A DNA stretch of 52,986 nt from Eubacteriales bacterium (GCA_045638805.1 JAZUBZ010000021.1:1-52986), one strand, 5' to 3'; shown: positions 8,644-18,999, numbered from the stretch's first letter. Notes: generated from the sequence alone by a model not told the origin. Program-made: numbers and translations.

Positions 8644-9729
8644 ATGAGCAAAAAGCTTTTTATAGTTAAGATAGGAACAAGTTCTCTTACCTGCAAGGGC
8701 GGAGACATTGACACAGATAAAATACGAAATATTGTCCGTCAGGTGGCAGATATTCGCGACGCTGGTCATGACGTGGTGGTAGTTACGTCAGGCTCTATTG
8801 CCGCAGGCTTCAGAGCGCTCGGATATACCTCACGTCCCACGTCCGTTGCTGCAAAGCAGGCGTCAGCCGCTGTCGGTCAGGGTCTTCTTATGGAGGAATA
8901 CACAAAATTCCTTTCAGATAGAGGGTACGTCAGCGCGCAGATACTCTTAACGCGCGGCGACTTTACAGATAAGAGACGTTACAAGAATGCGTTCTCCGCA
9001 CTTGAGATACTTCTCAGCCGCGGCGCTGTGCCGATAATCAACGAGAATGATACCATCGCAGTCGAAGAGCTTCACGTGGGAGACAACGACACCCTGTCTG
9101 CACAGGTTGCCGCTATGCTCCATGCAGATCTGCTGATCCTAATGACTGATACGGACGGACTTTACACAAAGAATCCCTCAAAGTACGATGATGCTGAGCA
9201 TATTTCGGTAGTTGAGCACATCACGCCCGAGATAGAGTCCTTTGCGGGAGGCGCGGGAAGCGCTAACGGTACGGGAGGCATGATTACCAAGGTAAAGGGC
9301 GCGGCGCTTGCCACACGTGCGGGTGTGCCTGTTGTTATATGCTCATCCGCTGACGAAAACGTAATAGTCAAGGCATCTGAGGGAAAGGCTAAATGTACTC
9401 TCTTCAAGGCAGACGGAAGTCTTAAAACCCGCCTTCAGTGGATGGCGTTCTACGCACCTGCAGGCGGAAACATATTCGTTGACCGAGGTGCGGCAGAGGC
9501 TCTTAAAAAGAACGGCAGAAGTCTGCTGACAGCCGGTATCACCGCGGTCGAGGGTGATTTTTCCAAGGGGGATGTAGTAAAGATCATCACCTCTGGAGAC
9601 CACGTGCAGATAGGACGCGGTATTGTATCCTTCTCGAAAAATGAACTTTATGACATGATGAACAGACACGACATGCACAGCGAGGTGGCTGTACATAAGG
9701 ATAATCTCGTGCTGACGGATCTCAGCTGA
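8644..9729 (+). CDS. proB: Glutamate 5-kinase with C-terminal PUA domain
   Basis: 361 aa with VTSGSIAAG and INENDT motifs, in a proB-proA-proC gene order. Confidence 0.9.
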   Translation: MSKKLFIVKIGTSSLTCKGGDIDTDKIRNIVRQVADIRDAGHDVVVVTSGSIAAGFRALGYTSRPTSVAAKQASAAVGQGLLMEEYTKFLSDRGYVSAQILLTRGDFTDKRRYKNAFSALEILLSRGAVPIINENDTIAVEELHVGDNDTLSAQVAAMLHADLLILMTDTDGLYTKNPSKYDDAEHISVVEHITPEIESFAGGAGSANGTGGMITKVKGAALATRAGVPVVICSSADENVIVKASEGKAKCTLFKADGSLKTRLQWMAFYAPAGGNIFVDRGAAEALKKNGRSLLTAGITAVEGDFSKGDVVKIITSGDHVQIGRGIVSFSKNELYDMMNRHDMHSEVAVHKDNLVLTDLS

Positions 9730-9762
9730 TTATTAATATTGAGTTACAAAAGAGGCAAAATT

Positions 9763-11010
9763 ATGAATACAGAACTTATACTTCAGGCACAGAGTGCCAA
9801 GGATGCGGCAGTTAAGCTTGCGGTTGCGACAACAGAAGAAAAGAACAGAGCGCTTCACCTTATTGCAGATGCTCTCATGGAAAGATGCGAAGAAATACTT
9901 TCTGCAAATAAGCTTGATACAGACGCTGCGCGCGCCAAGGGCACGGGCAGTGCTATGATCGACCGTCTTACCCTCACAGAGGCACGTATTTGCGATATTG
10001 CAGAGGGCGTACGACAGGTGGCAGACCTTCCAGATCCCGTAGGCGAGGAGATCGAAAGCTTCACCCGCCCGAACGGTCTAAAAATAAAAAAGGTACGCGT
10101 TCCTCTCGGCGTTATCGGAATGATATACGAAGCGCGTCCCAACGTTACCGTTGATGCGGCTGTTCTTGCGCTTAAGGCAGGCTCTGCTGTGCTTCTCAGA
10201 GGAAGCGGAAGTGCGCTTAACTCAAACCTTGCAATAGTTAAGGTAATGCGAGAGGCTCTCAAAAATACGAATATCCCCGAGGATGCGATCGCCCTTGTAG
10301 GCGGTGTGTCCCATGACGTGGTTGACGAGATGATGTCACTTAGAGGTTACATCGACCTTATGATCCCCCGCGGCGGTGCGGGACTTATCAGACGCGTTGT
10401 TGACGGATGCCGCGTTCCCGTGCTTGAAACCGGAGTGGGAAATTGTCATATCTACGTAGACAAATATGCCGATGCCAAAATGGCAGAGCGTATACTCATC
10501 AATGCAAAGACACAGCGACCCGCCGTGTGTAATGCGGCTGAAACACTTCTCGTTCACACTGCCAGACGTGATCTTGCACTCGCTCTTTGCGAAAGCTTGA
10601 AGACGGCGGGAGTTACAGTACACGGCTGTCCTGAGATATGTAAGCTGTTCCCTGAAGCTATTCCCGCAGAGGAAGTTGACTATACAGACGAGTACCTGTC
10701 GCTTCATATGGCGGTGAAGATAGTTGAGAGTGAGGACGATGCCATCGCTCATATCAGACGCTACGGTACGGGTCACACCGAGGCTATTATCACAAGCTGT
10801 CCCGAAGCCGCTGAAAAGTTCACCCGCGAGGTTGACGCATCCAGCGTAAACGTAAACGCATCCACAAGATTTACCGACGGATTCCAGTTCGGTTTCGGCG
10901 CTGAGATAGGTATCTCTACCCAGAAGATGCACGCGAGAGGCCCCCTCGGGCTTCGCGAGATCACATCTTTTAAATTTATCGTTGAAGGAAACGGTCAGGT
11001 TCGCGAATGA
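9763..11010 (+). CDS. proA: Glutamate-5-semialdehyde dehydrogenase
   Basis: Aldehyde dehydrogenase fold with catalytic Cys context (PAVCNAAETLLVH). I preferred the ATG at 9763 with its RBS over the TTG at 9739. Confidence 0.9.
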   Translation: MNTELILQAQSAKDAAVKLAVATTEEKNRALHLIADALMERCEEILSANKLDTDAARAKGTGSAMIDRLTLTEARICDIAEGVRQVADLPDPVGEEIESFTRPNGLKIKKVRVPLGVIGMIYEARPNVTVDAAVLALKAGSAVLLRGSGSALNSNLAIVKVMREALKNTNIPEDAIALVGGVSHDVVDEMMSLRGYIDLMIPRGGAGLIRRVVDGCRVPVLETGVGNCHIYVDKYADAKMAERILINAKTQRPAVCNAAETLLVHTARRDLALALCESLKTAGVTVHGCPEICKLFPEAIPAEEVDYTDEYLSLHMAVKIVESEDDAIAHIRRYGTGHTEAIITSCPEAAEKFTREVDASSVNVNASTRFTDGFQFGFGAEIGISTQKMHARGPLGLREITSFKFIVEGNGQVRE

Positions 11011-11031
11011 CGGCAGAAAGGGAGAAGAAAA

Positions 11032-11838
11032 ATGTATCTTGATAAAAAAATTGCGTTCATCGGAAGCGGATTTATGGCAGGCGCCATGATGAACGGTATC
11101 GTAAAAGGCGGAGTTTGTGACGCAGATAACATTTACGTTATAAATGAGGCGTTTCCCGAAAGCGTCGAAGAAGCCGTAGAAAAGTACGGTGTGGTTCATG
11201 GAAAGCCCGATGACATTGCAAAATGCGACGTGGTGGTATTCGGTGTAAAGCCGCAGATATTCCCTGAGGCTGTGGAGATGTACGGCGAGTACCTTACGTC
11301 CGACAAGTTATATCTTTCCATCATGGCGGGTATCTCCTGCGGAAAACTTGAAAGCATACTTGGAGGGGCGAGAGTAGTCAGACTTATGCCGAACATGCCC
11401 TTGTCAGTAGGTGCTTCAGCTACGGTATACGCTCTCGGCAGTGCATCAGGTGAGGCTGAAGCTGAGATAACCGAGGCGATTTTTGCTCCCCTTGGAATTA
11501 TAAAGAGAGTTAGTGAAGACGAGATATCCGCTGTTACCGCATTGTCGGGAAGCGGCCCTGCATATTTCTGCCGCATGGCTGAGGCTATGACCGAAGTGGG
11601 AATAAAGATGGGGCTTGAAGAGTCACTGGCGGCGGAGCTTGCCGTACAGACCCTTGTCGGTACTGCAGAAACCATTAAAGCTCTCGATATCACTCCTGCG
11701 GAGCTTCGTGTGCGTGTAACCTCAAAGAAGGGAACAACTGAAGCGGCGCTTAATGCAATGACTGAAAACGATTTTGAAGGTATAATCGAGTCTGCAATGA
11801 ATGCATCTAAAAACAGAAGCGACGAGCTTGGCTCGTAA
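11032..11838 (+). CDS. proC: Pyrroline-5-carboxylate reductase
   Basis: 268 aa with an N-terminal Rossmann motif (IAFIGSGFMAG) and a P5CR C-terminal domain (SKKGTTEAAL). Confidence 0.9.
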   Translation: MYLDKKIAFIGSGFMAGAMMNGIVKGGVCDADNIYVINEAFPESVEEAVEKYGVVHGKPDDIAKCDVVVFGVKPQIFPEAVEMYGEYLTSDKLYLSIMAGISCGKLESILGGARVVRLMPNMPLSVGASATVYALGSASGEAEAEITEAIFAPLGIIKRVSEDEISAVTALSGSGPAYFCRMAEAMTEVGIKMGLEESLAAELAVQTLVGTAETIKALDITPAELRVRVTSKKGTTEAALNAMTENDFEGIIESAMNASKNRSDELGS

Positions 11839-11866
11839 ATATATTTAAACGTACAGGAGGATACGA

Positions 11867-12535
11867 ATGGATATTAAAGAAATTCTTTCAAAGGTCGATC
11901 ACACCTTGCTGAGGGTAGACGCAACTCTTCCCGAGATAAAGACGATTATAGACGACGCCGTAAAATACGGCTGTGCATCCGTGTGTATTCCTCCGTCATA
12001 CGTGAAAGCGGCAAGCGAATACTCTGACGGAAAGATCAAAATATGTACCGTGATCGGATTCCCTAACGGGTATGCCACAACGGCGGTGAAATGCTTTGAG
12101 GCTGATGACGCCGTTAAAAACGGTGCGGATGAGATTGATATGGTCATTAATGTGACCATGGTGAAAAACGGACTTTTTGACGAAGTTCTTGCCGAGATAC
12201 GCGCGGTAAAGGCAGCGTGCGGCGATAAGCTGTTAAAGGTGATAATCGAGACCTGCCTTCTTACCGAGGAAGAGAAGATCAGGCTTTGCCGTGTTGTGTC
12301 TGAGTCGGGAGCCGATTATATCAAGACATCCACCGGATTTGCCGGCGGTGGAGCTACCCCCGAAGACGTGGCTTTAATGGCGGCAAATATTACGGGTGGG
12401 CTCAAAATAAAGGCGGCTGGAGGAATAAAGACAATTGCCGATGCCGAAGAATTTATTCGTCTTGGAGCTGAGAGGCTTGGCACAAGCCGAATCGTCAGCA
12501 TCGTAAAAAAAGAAGAAACTAATGCTTTGTATTAA
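11867..12535 (+). CDS. deoC: Deoxyribose-phosphate aldolase
   Basis: 222 aa with the Schiff-base lysine context DYIKTSTGF. Confidence 0.9.
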   Translation: MDIKEILSKVDHTLLRVDATLPEIKTIIDDAVKYGCASVCIPPSYVKAASEYSDGKIKICTVIGFPNGYATTAVKCFEADDAVKNGADEIDMVINVTMVKNGLFDEVLAEIRAVKAACGDKLLKVIIETCLLTEEEKIRLCRVVSESGADYIKTSTGFAGGGATPEDVALMAANITGGLKIKAAGGIKTIADAEEFIRLGAERLGTSRIVSIVKKEETNALY

Positions 12536-12554
12536 GAAAGGTAAGGTTATAACT

Positions 12555-13307
12555 ATGAACTATCCTACCCCTCATATCAATGCTACTCCCGAAGATTTTG
12601 CTAAAACAGTATTGATGCCCGGTGACCCCCTGAGAAGTAAGTTTATTGCCGAAAACTTTCTTGAAAACGTACGCCTCGTGAATAACGTACGCGGTGTTCA
12701 GGGATATACGGGAACGTACAAAGGTGCGCCCGTGTCCGTTATGGCAAGCGGAATGGGAATCCCGTCTATCGGAATTTATTCTTACGAGCTTTATAACGCG
12801 TTCGGTGTGGAAAACATCATCCGCGTAGGCTCTGCGGGATCGATAAACTATGATGTTAAAGTCCGCGATATTATCATCGCCCAGGGTGCGTGCACCAATT
12901 CAAACTTTGCACATCAGTATCACCTGCCGGGTACCTTTGCGCCTATCGCAAGCTATGAGCTGCTTCGTACCGCTGTAGGTGTTGCGGACACTATGGACGT
13001 AAACTATCACGTTGGAAATATTCTTTCCTCCGACACCTTCTATAACGACGACGAAGGCATCCCCGAGGCTATGACGTCAACTGCGCCGTGGGCAAAGATG
13101 GGCGTTATGGGCGTTGAAATGGAGGCGGCAGGACTTTATATGACGGCGGCAAGGTGTGGATGTCGTGCTCTTGTAATATGTACAGTATCCGACCACATAT
13201 TAACGGGTGAGGCTACAAGTGCTGAGGAAAGACAGACTACCTTTACCGATATGATGACCCTTGCTCTTGAAACAGCACTCAGAATGGAAAACAAAAATGA
13301 CAGATAA
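12555..13307 (+). CDS. deoD: Purine nucleoside phosphorylase, DeoD type
   Basis: N-terminus TPHINA...LMPGDPLR and GVEMEAA motifs. The ATG at 12555 follows a GGTAAGG RBS. Confidence 0.85.
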   Translation: MNYPTPHINATPEDFAKTVLMPGDPLRSKFIAENFLENVRLVNNVRGVQGYTGTYKGAPVSVMASGMGIPSIGIYSYELYNAFGVENIIRVGSAGSINYDVKVRDIIIAQGACTNSNFAHQYHLPGTFAPIASYELLRTAVGVADTMDVNYHVGNILSSDTFYNDDEGIPEAMTSTAPWAKMGVMGVEMEAAGLYMTAARCGCRALVICTVSDHILTGEATSAEERQTTFTDMMTLALETALRMENKNDR

Positions 13308-13704
13308 AGAAAAACGTGAGCTTTGCCTTTGTGCCGTACGTGCGATGAAGAATTCATATTCGCCTTATTCGGGATTCAAGGTCGGTGCAGCACTCCTTTG
13401 CAGAGACGGGACAGTTTACGAAGGGTGTAATATAGAAAATTCCGCTTATTCTCCTACTGTATGTGCGGAGAGGGTGGCGGTATTCAAGGCAGTCAGCGAA
13501 GGTATGAAAGATTTTACTGCTATTGCCGTGGCAGGTGGACATGACGGACATATAACGTGTCGTATCACTCCGTGCGGTGTGTGCCGTCAGGTGCTTGCGG
13601 AATTTGTAAAAGAGGATTTTACGGTGCTTGCGGTCAAAAGTGATGACGGGGAGTTTGACGAATTCACTGCTGACGCGTTGCTTCCGCACTCGTTCTCACT
13701 TTAA
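13297..13704 (+). CDS. cdd: Cytidine deaminase
   Basis: CAERVA and PCGVCRQ zinc-binding motifs. The start overlaps the deoD stop by 11 nt. Confidence 0.85.
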   Translation: MTDKEKRELCLCAVRAMKNSYSPYSGFKVGAALLCRDGTVYEGCNIENSAYSPTVCAERVAVFKAVSEGMKDFTAIAVAGGHDGHITCRITPCGVCRQVLAEFVKEDFTVLAVKSDDGEFDEFTADALLPHSFSL

Positions 13705-13739
13705 GAAAAAATAGTTATTTACAAAACGGAGGTGAGCAC

Positions 13740-15041
13740 ATGAGAATGTACGATATTATTGCTAAAAAGCGTGACGGTGAGAGATTAACGGATGAAGAGA
13801 TCAAATATTTTGTAGACGGCATTACCTCGGGTGAAATTCCCGATTACGAAATTTCAGCGCTCCTGATGGCTATGTTTATACGCGGCATGGACGACGTGGA
13901 AACCTCAACTCTAACGGATGCTATGGCAAATTCGGGTGACAGCGTGGATCTTTCCCGTTTCGGTGATCTGTCTGTAGATAAGCACAGCACGGGAGGTGTG
14001 GGAGATAAAACGTCTTTTGTCATATCTCCGATAGTTGCCGCCCTTGGGTGTAAGGTCGCCAAGATGTCAGGTCGCGGTCTCGGTCATACGGGTGGAACTG
14101 TCGATAAGCTTGAATCTATCCCCGGGTACAGGACGTCGGTGACACCCGACGAGTTTATCGGTATTGCAGAGAAAGTAGGTCTGTCTCTTGTGGGCCAAAG
14201 CGGGAACATGGCTCCCGCTGATAAAAAGCTGTATGCTCTCCGTGACGTGACGGCAACTGTCAACAGTATCCCGCTTATTACCTCAAGCATAATGAGTAAA
14301 AAATTAGCGGCAGGCGCCAAAAATATTGTTCTTGACGTAAAAGTGGGCAGCGGAGCGTTCATGAAGACTTTAGAGGATGCAGAAGCTCTTGCGCGTTCAA
14401 TGGTGAATATAGGAAAACGATGCGGTAGAAACGTTACTGCGGTGCTGACGGGAATGGACTCCCCCCTCGGATGCGCAGTAGGTAATTCTCTTGAAGTAGC
14501 AGAAGCGGTGGCTGTACTGAAGGGTGAGTCTTGCGGTGAACTGCGTGACGTATGCGTAGTCCTTGCGGCGGAGATGGTCTCTCTCGTTTATGGCATTTCC
14601 ACGAGCGACGCAGAGGCAAAAGTGCTTGACGCGCTTGGCAGCGGTGCGGCATTTGAAAAGATGAAAGAGTGGATAGCCGCGTCGGGCGGAGACGTTGCGT
14701 ACGTTGAGAATACTGAACTGTTTACAAAGGCAAGCTTTGAAAAGAAAATTCTGTCTCCTTCGGACGGGTATATAACGAAAATGGATGCAGAAAAGATCGG
14801 AACAGCGTCGGTTGTACTCGGAGCGGGCAGAGAAAAGAAGGATGACCTGATAGACCATTCTGCCGGAATCATTCTTTGTGCCCATACGGGAGACTTCGTA
14901 AACAAGGGGGATGTTCTCTGTACTTTGTACACGAACAAAGAGACAGCGTTAGCTTCTGCCGAAAAGCTATATCTTGAAGCTGTAACGCTTGGAGACATCA
15001 AACCTGATACATCTCCTACAGTTTATAAAATAATCAGATAG
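13740..15041 (+). CDS. pdp: Pyrimidine-nucleoside (thymidine) phosphorylase
   Basis: 433 aa with KHSTGGVGDK and SGRGLGHTGGT motifs. Confidence 0.9.
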   Translation: MRMYDIIAKKRDGERLTDEEIKYFVDGITSGEIPDYEISALLMAMFIRGMDDVETSTLTDAMANSGDSVDLSRFGDLSVDKHSTGGVGDKTSFVISPIVAALGCKVAKMSGRGLGHTGGTVDKLESIPGYRTSVTPDEFIGIAEKVGLSLVGQSGNMAPADKKLYALRDVTATVNSIPLITSSIMSKKLAAGAKNIVLDVKVGSGAFMKTLEDAEALARSMVNIGKRCGRNVTAVLTGMDSPLGCAVGNSLEVAEAVAVLKGESCGELRDVCVVLAAEMVSLVYGISTSDAEAKVLDALGSGAAFEKMKEWIAASGGDVAYVENTELFTKASFEKKILSPSDGYITKMDAEKIGTASVVLGAGREKKDDLIDHSAGIILCAHTGDFVNKGDVLCTLYTNKETALASAEKLYLEAVTLGDIKPDTSPTVYKIIR

Positions 15042-15082
15042 AATAGAATGTGCGTGCGATAAGCACTTGCAAGAATAGTACA

Positions 15083-15940
15083 ATGCCTAACAAAGTATTT
15101 TTAGAAATAACCAATGCGTGTAATCTGTCCTGTAGTTTCTGTCATGGGACACGTCGCAGTATCCGTTTTATTGAAACAGATGAGTTTCGCAGAGCCGCTA
15201 CCGAAGCGAGAGGCTTTGCCGAGTATCTGTACTTTCATCTGATGGGGGAGCCTCTGCTTCACCCGCACTTAGGTGAGTTTTTGGATATAGCAGGTGAGCT
15301 TGGCTTTAAGGTTATACTCACCACAAACGGCACTTTGCTAAAGAGATGCCAAGACGTGCTTCTTAGTAAAAGTGCGCTGTTCAAGGTAAGTATTTCGCTT
15401 CATTCCTTTGAGGCAAACGATAAGGGTGCAGATTTTGAGACATATCTTGACGACTGTTTCAGCTTTTGCAGGTCAGCAGCCGATGTCGGGAAGATAGCGG
15501 TAATGCGTTTATGGAATAAAGGCGGAGCGGAGGAGCTTAATCGCGATATCATAGCGCGGATGCACGAATATTTCGACCGTGACGGAAATAACACATGGCG
15601 TGAGATATACAGTGGATATAAGATAGATGAAAAAGTATTCCTCGAATGGGGAGAGAAATTCGATTGGCCCGATGAGGACGCTGAGATTTGCTCCGACAGC
15701 CATTCATGCTACGGACTTCGTGACCAGATAGGAATACTCAGTGACGGTACGGTAGTGCCGTGTTGTCTTGACGCAGACGGTGCGATACCGCTTGGTAACG
15801 TGTTTGAGCAGCCTCTTTGCGAGATACTCACTTCTGCGAGAGCTGTTGCTTTGAAGAAAAGCTTTGAGACGAGACGTATTACGGAAAAGCTGTGTCAGAG
15901 ATGCGGCTACGCAAAACAGAAGGGATACGGTAAAAAGTAA
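15083..15940 (+). CDS. Radical SAM / SPASM-domain protein
   Basis: CNLSCSFC (CxxxCxxC) cluster near the N-terminus and a Cys-rich C-terminal region (VVPCCLDADG...CQRCGY). I chose the ATG at 15083. Confidence 0.75.
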   Translation: MPNKVFLEITNACNLSCSFCHGTRRSIRFIETDEFRRAATEARGFAEYLYFHLMGEPLLHPHLGEFLDIAGELGFKVILTTNGTLLKRCQDVLLSKSALFKVSISLHSFEANDKGADFETYLDDCFSFCRSAADVGKIAVMRLWNKGGAEELNRDIIARMHEYFDRDGNNTWREIYSGYKIDEKVFLEWGEKFDWPDEDAEICSDSHSCYGLRDQIGILSDGTVVPCCLDADGAIPLGNVFEQPLCEILTSARAVALKKSFETRRITEKLCQRCGYAKQKGYGKK

Positions 15941-15977
15941 AGTTTAGATTTGCCTTAAAGTATGAATCACGGAGGAT

Positions 15978-17249
15978 ATGATGAAAACAATTAAATTCCC
16001 GTATGGCAAAGATTTTTTGGAGCATGATTTTGAAAGTCCCGTGACTGTACTTGCATCGTCAATTAACAAGTACGTGCCTGAAAAGTCTGAGGAGGAGCTA
16101 GTAAGAGATGCAATTGTGTCCCCCCTTGGGTCACCGCGGCTTTCACAGCTTGCGGCAGGTAAAAAGAATATAGTGGTCATCGCAAGTGATCACACTCGAC
16201 CTGTGCCAAGCAAGATAATTATGCCGTTTGTGCTTGAAGAGATAAGACGCGGCTCACCTGACGCCGATATCACGATACTAATTGCTACCGGGTGTCACAG
16301 AGGCACTACCAAAGACGAACTTATCTCAAAGTTCGGACGTGACATCGTACATAACGAAAAGATAATTATCCACGACTGTGACGACGGAGAAAATCTTACT
16401 ATGATTGGTATTCTCCCCTCCGGCGGTGAGTGTGAGATAAACAGTATTGCGGTAAACGCCGAGCTTCTCGTGGCGGAGGGCTTTATCGAGCCTCACTTTT
16501 TCGCAGGATTTTCGGGCGGCAGAAAAAGCGTGCTACCCGGTGTCGCAGGCAGAAGCACCGTTCTTGCCAACCATTGTTCGGAGTTTATTGACCATCCAAA
16601 TGCAAGAACAGGTGTGCTTGAAGATAACCCCATTCACGCGGATATGCTGTGGGCGGCTGATAAGGCACGCCTCGCATTTATCGTTAACGTAGTACTTAAT
16701 GAAAATAAAGAAATTATCTACGCCGTGGCAGGTGCACATAAGGATGCTCATACAGACGGTGTCAGATTTCTAACCGATTTATGCGGAGTGGAGAAAACTG
16801 TAGCTGACGTTGTTATCACCACAAACGGAGGGTATCCCCTTGACCAGAACATGTATCAGGCTGTAAAGGGAATGACTGCGGCTGAGTTCTGCGTAAAAGA
16901 TGGCGGCGTTATTATAATGCTTGCAAAATCAGATGACGGAATCGGAGGCGAACACTTTTACAGACAGCTTGCGAATGAGAAAGATATTCGTAAGACCATG
17001 GAGCTTTTTCTCAGTCGAAGAAGATGTGAAACGGTACCCGACCAATGGCAGACTCAGATACTTCTACGAGTACTGATGAAGTCAAGTGTTATTTACGTGT
17101 CCGACATGGATGACGAGGTAGTAAGAGAAATGCACATGATCCCTGCTCGTTCCGTGAGTGAGGCGCTCTCTCTTGCCGCAGATATTCTTGGAAGAGAAGA
17201 CTTCAGCATAACTGCAATACCCGACGGAGTTTCTGTGATAGTGAGGTGA
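15978..17249 (+). CDS. LarA-family (nickel-pincer dependent) racemase/epimerase homologue (DUF2088)
   Basis: 423 aa with ASDHTRP, GCHRG and GGYPLDQNMYQAVKG motifs resembling lactate racemase LarA. No larB, larC or larE nearby. Confidence 0.7.
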   Translation: MMKTIKFPYGKDFLEHDFESPVTVLASSINKYVPEKSEEELVRDAIVSPLGSPRLSQLAAGKKNIVVIASDHTRPVPSKIIMPFVLEEIRRGSPDADITILIATGCHRGTTKDELISKFGRDIVHNEKIIIHDCDDGENLTMIGILPSGGECEINSIAVNAELLVAEGFIEPHFFAGFSGGRKSVLPGVAGRSTVLANHCSEFIDHPNARTGVLEDNPIHADMLWAADKARLAFIVNVVLNENKEIIYAVAGAHKDAHTDGVRFLTDLCGVEKTVADVVITTNGGYPLDQNMYQAVKGMTAAEFCVKDGGVIIMLAKSDDGIGGEHFYRQLANEKDIRKTMELFLSRRRCETVPDQWQTQILLRVLMKSSVIYVSDMDDEVVREMHMIPARSVSEALSLAADILGREDFSITAIPDGVSVIVR

Positions 17250-17259
17250 TGAGGACTAT

Positions 17260-17856
17260 ATGCGTAAATTTGTTAATATAGCGTTTATCGTTGTGTTTTT
17301 AGCAACATTGCTGTGGAGCCCGGTTATGATACTCATAAACGGGGTCGTGCCTATCTTCCTTCTTCTTGCTGAGCTTGATTTTTATTTCTGTCTCCGATAT
17401 TTTCTGAATTCCGGTGCGGCAAAAGGGAAGTTTCGCAGTATAACTAACGGCGTGTCAATCGTCATTTCGTCATTGGTTTTACTGTTGTACATAACTGAGC
17501 TTATCATATGCAGTGGCTTGGGAGTGCAGTGTATCTATACGGCGCTTGTCGGAAAGCTGCTGTTTGGGTGGACGTTAGCTTACGTACTCTTCAGATGTGT
17601 ATACTGGTGGATAGTAGATACTATTGATAAAAAACAAAGAGAAAGTATGCCTATGTGGCTTCTTGATGAGGACGTTTTCCTCTTAGGCAAGGTGAGAAAC
17701 GGCAAATTTTATCCGGATTCTGATAAATGCGGATTTTACGCACAAACCATCGACAGTACCATGTATGGCAGAACGTTGTTTGGAAGCCTTGAGGAGGCAG
17801 TTGCCGTTCACGGAGAGCTTCCGATTATCGACGCTGAGACGTATAAAGACGAATAA
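17260..17856 (+). CDS. Hypothetical membrane protein
   Basis: 198 aa with about four N-terminal hydrophobic segments and a soluble C-terminal tail. No recognisable motif. Confidence 0.45.
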   Translation: MRKFVNIAFIVVFLATLLWSPVMILINGVVPIFLLLAELDFYFCLRYFLNSGAAKGKFRSITNGVSIVISSLVLLLYITELIICSGLGVQCIYTALVGKLLFGWTLAYVLFRCVYWWIVDTIDKKQRESMPMWLLDEDVFLLGKVRNGKFYPDSDKCGFYAQTIDSTMYGRTLFGSLEEAVAVHGELPIIDAETYKDE

Positions 17857-17862
17857 AAATAC

Positions 17863-17892
17863 CCGCCGTTGTTCAAAAACGAACAACGGCGG
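17863..17892. terminator. Bidirectional terminator between convergent membrane-protein genes
   Basis: 12-bp stem ccgccgttgttc / gaacaacggcgg. Confidence 0.7.
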
Positions 17893-17906
17893 TTTGCATT
17901 TTGCTA

Positions 17907-18359
17907 TCATATTTTCTTTGAAAGCTGGTGGTTAACAAGAGTGGCAAATCTTTCACTGACGATAGCGATAGACTCAATATGTACTTTTCCATTACCAACG
18001 AACAGAGTCATGGAATCCTTGTTTTGTCGAATACCTCTTATATCGCTGAAACGGTAACGGTGCGTCGCACCGAGAAACGTAGTATATTCAAACTCTTCAT
18101 CCGACAGCACCTTGATCTTTTGATTGCGTCTGCACATGATGGCAGTAACACCGAGGACGAGACAGACGGGACAGAAAATGAGAAGCATACGGCTATGTAC
18201 GAAGAAAAATGCTACAAGGAGAGTTAGCGAGGCTGCAATAAGAGCGATGCCGAATGCCAGCAGAAAATTCGGCAGATGAACGTCATATTCTTCATCTTTC
18301 TTTATACCTGCAAGTGCGAGGAGTGCCTCCGTCATGCGTACAAAAATTCTGAATTTCAT
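17907..18359 (-). CDS. Hypothetical membrane protein
   Basis: 150 aa with two central TM segments followed by a small soluble domain. Confidence 0.45.
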   Translation of the reverse strand: MKFRIFVRMTEALLALAGIKKDEEYDVHLPNFLLAFGIALIAASLTLLVAFFFVHSRMLLIFCPVCLVLGVTAIMCRRNQKIKVLSDEEFEYTTFLGATHRYRFSDIRGIRQNKDSMTLFVGNGKVHIESIAIVSERFATLVNHQLSKKI

Positions 18360-18388
18360 AATTATGACAAGTCCTTAGCAGTGTATTA

Positions 18389-18883
18389 TTAAAACAATTT
18401 ACTTTTACGGAATACGTTAAAGAGCAAGAGACCAGCGACAATTCCCGCAACCGCCTGAACACTGTTTGCTGCTGCGTTCATGAGTGAGGCGTAGGCTCCG
18501 TACAGAAATACTTCAAATACAAAGTAACCGACTATCATCAGAACTTCTGCTGATACGGCAGATACGATGGCTGAGAGGATATTACCCGTTTTTTTGCTGA
18601 GAGCCTTCATTACAAAGTAAGCGGTGAGCGCCATGAGTCCCTTAATAACGAATGTTACGGGAGCGTACAGTACGTATCCTGCAAATAAGTCTGCAAGTGC
18701 ACTTCCTATAGCCGCGGCGGCAAATGCATAAGCAGGGGAGATGAACCAACCGCATACCAGTACGATACTGTCTCCGAGATTCACATAACCGCCTTGAAAA
18801 GAGGGAATCTTGATGACCATTGTTGCGACGCATGCGAGGGAGGCGAACAATGCGGACATTACGAGTTTTTTAGTTTTGTTCAT
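18389..18883 (-). CDS. ECF-transporter S (substrate-capture) component, substrate unknown
   Basis: 164 aa, all-hydrophobic with about five to six TM segments. The N-terminus (VMSALFASLACVATMVIKIP) is typical of ECF S components. Confidence 0.6.
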   Translation of the reverse strand: MNKTKKLVMSALFASLACVATMVIKIPSFQGGYVNLGDSIVLVCGWFISPAYAFAAAAIGSALADLFAGYVLYAPVTFVIKGLMALTAYFVMKALSKKTGNILSAIVSAVSAEVLMIVGYFVFEVFLYGAYASLMNAAANSVQAVAGIVAGLLLFNVFRKSKLF

Positions 18884-18924
18884 AATAAAATCTACCTTTA
18901 TAAACGATTAAAAATCATGCAGTT

Positions 18925-18952
18925 ATTATAACATCCAAAAAAAAGAAATCAA
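18925..18952 (-). promoter_or_regulatory. Candidate promoter for the ECF S-component gene
   Basis: On the minus strand, TTGATT, a 16-nt spacer, then TATAAT. Confidence 0.4.
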
Positions 18953-18970
18953 TGATTCTACGCAAAAAAC

Positions 18971-18999
18971 TTGACAAAATATTACACCTCGGGTAGAAT
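18971..18999 (+). promoter_or_regulatory. Sigma-A-type promoter for the nucleoside-hydrolase / beta-helix operon
   Basis: TTGACA, a 17-nt spacer, then TAGAAT. Confidence 0.55.

Noticed and set aside
10336-11199. 287-aa minus-strand ORF antisense to proA/proC. Similar long antisense ORFs lie at 48965-49747, 36461-37102, 45227-45790, 7733-8326, 14397-14885, 3798-4328 and 20768-21262.
   Set aside because: Each lies entirely inside a well-supported gene on the other strand whose protein motifs are clear. The translations are low-complexity or Cys/Arg/Ser-rich with no RBS. They are typical shadow ORFs.
15042-15082. Search for a RiPP precursor peptide next to the radical SAM/SPASM gene.
   Set aside because: No small ORF with an RBS was found on either side. 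The flanking genes are pdp and a LarA homologue.
18884-18970. Possible vitamin riboswitch upstream of the ECF S-component gene.
   Set aside because: The leader is short and AT-rich, with no conserved riboswitch core (THI-box, FMN, cobalamin, preQ1) that I can recognise.
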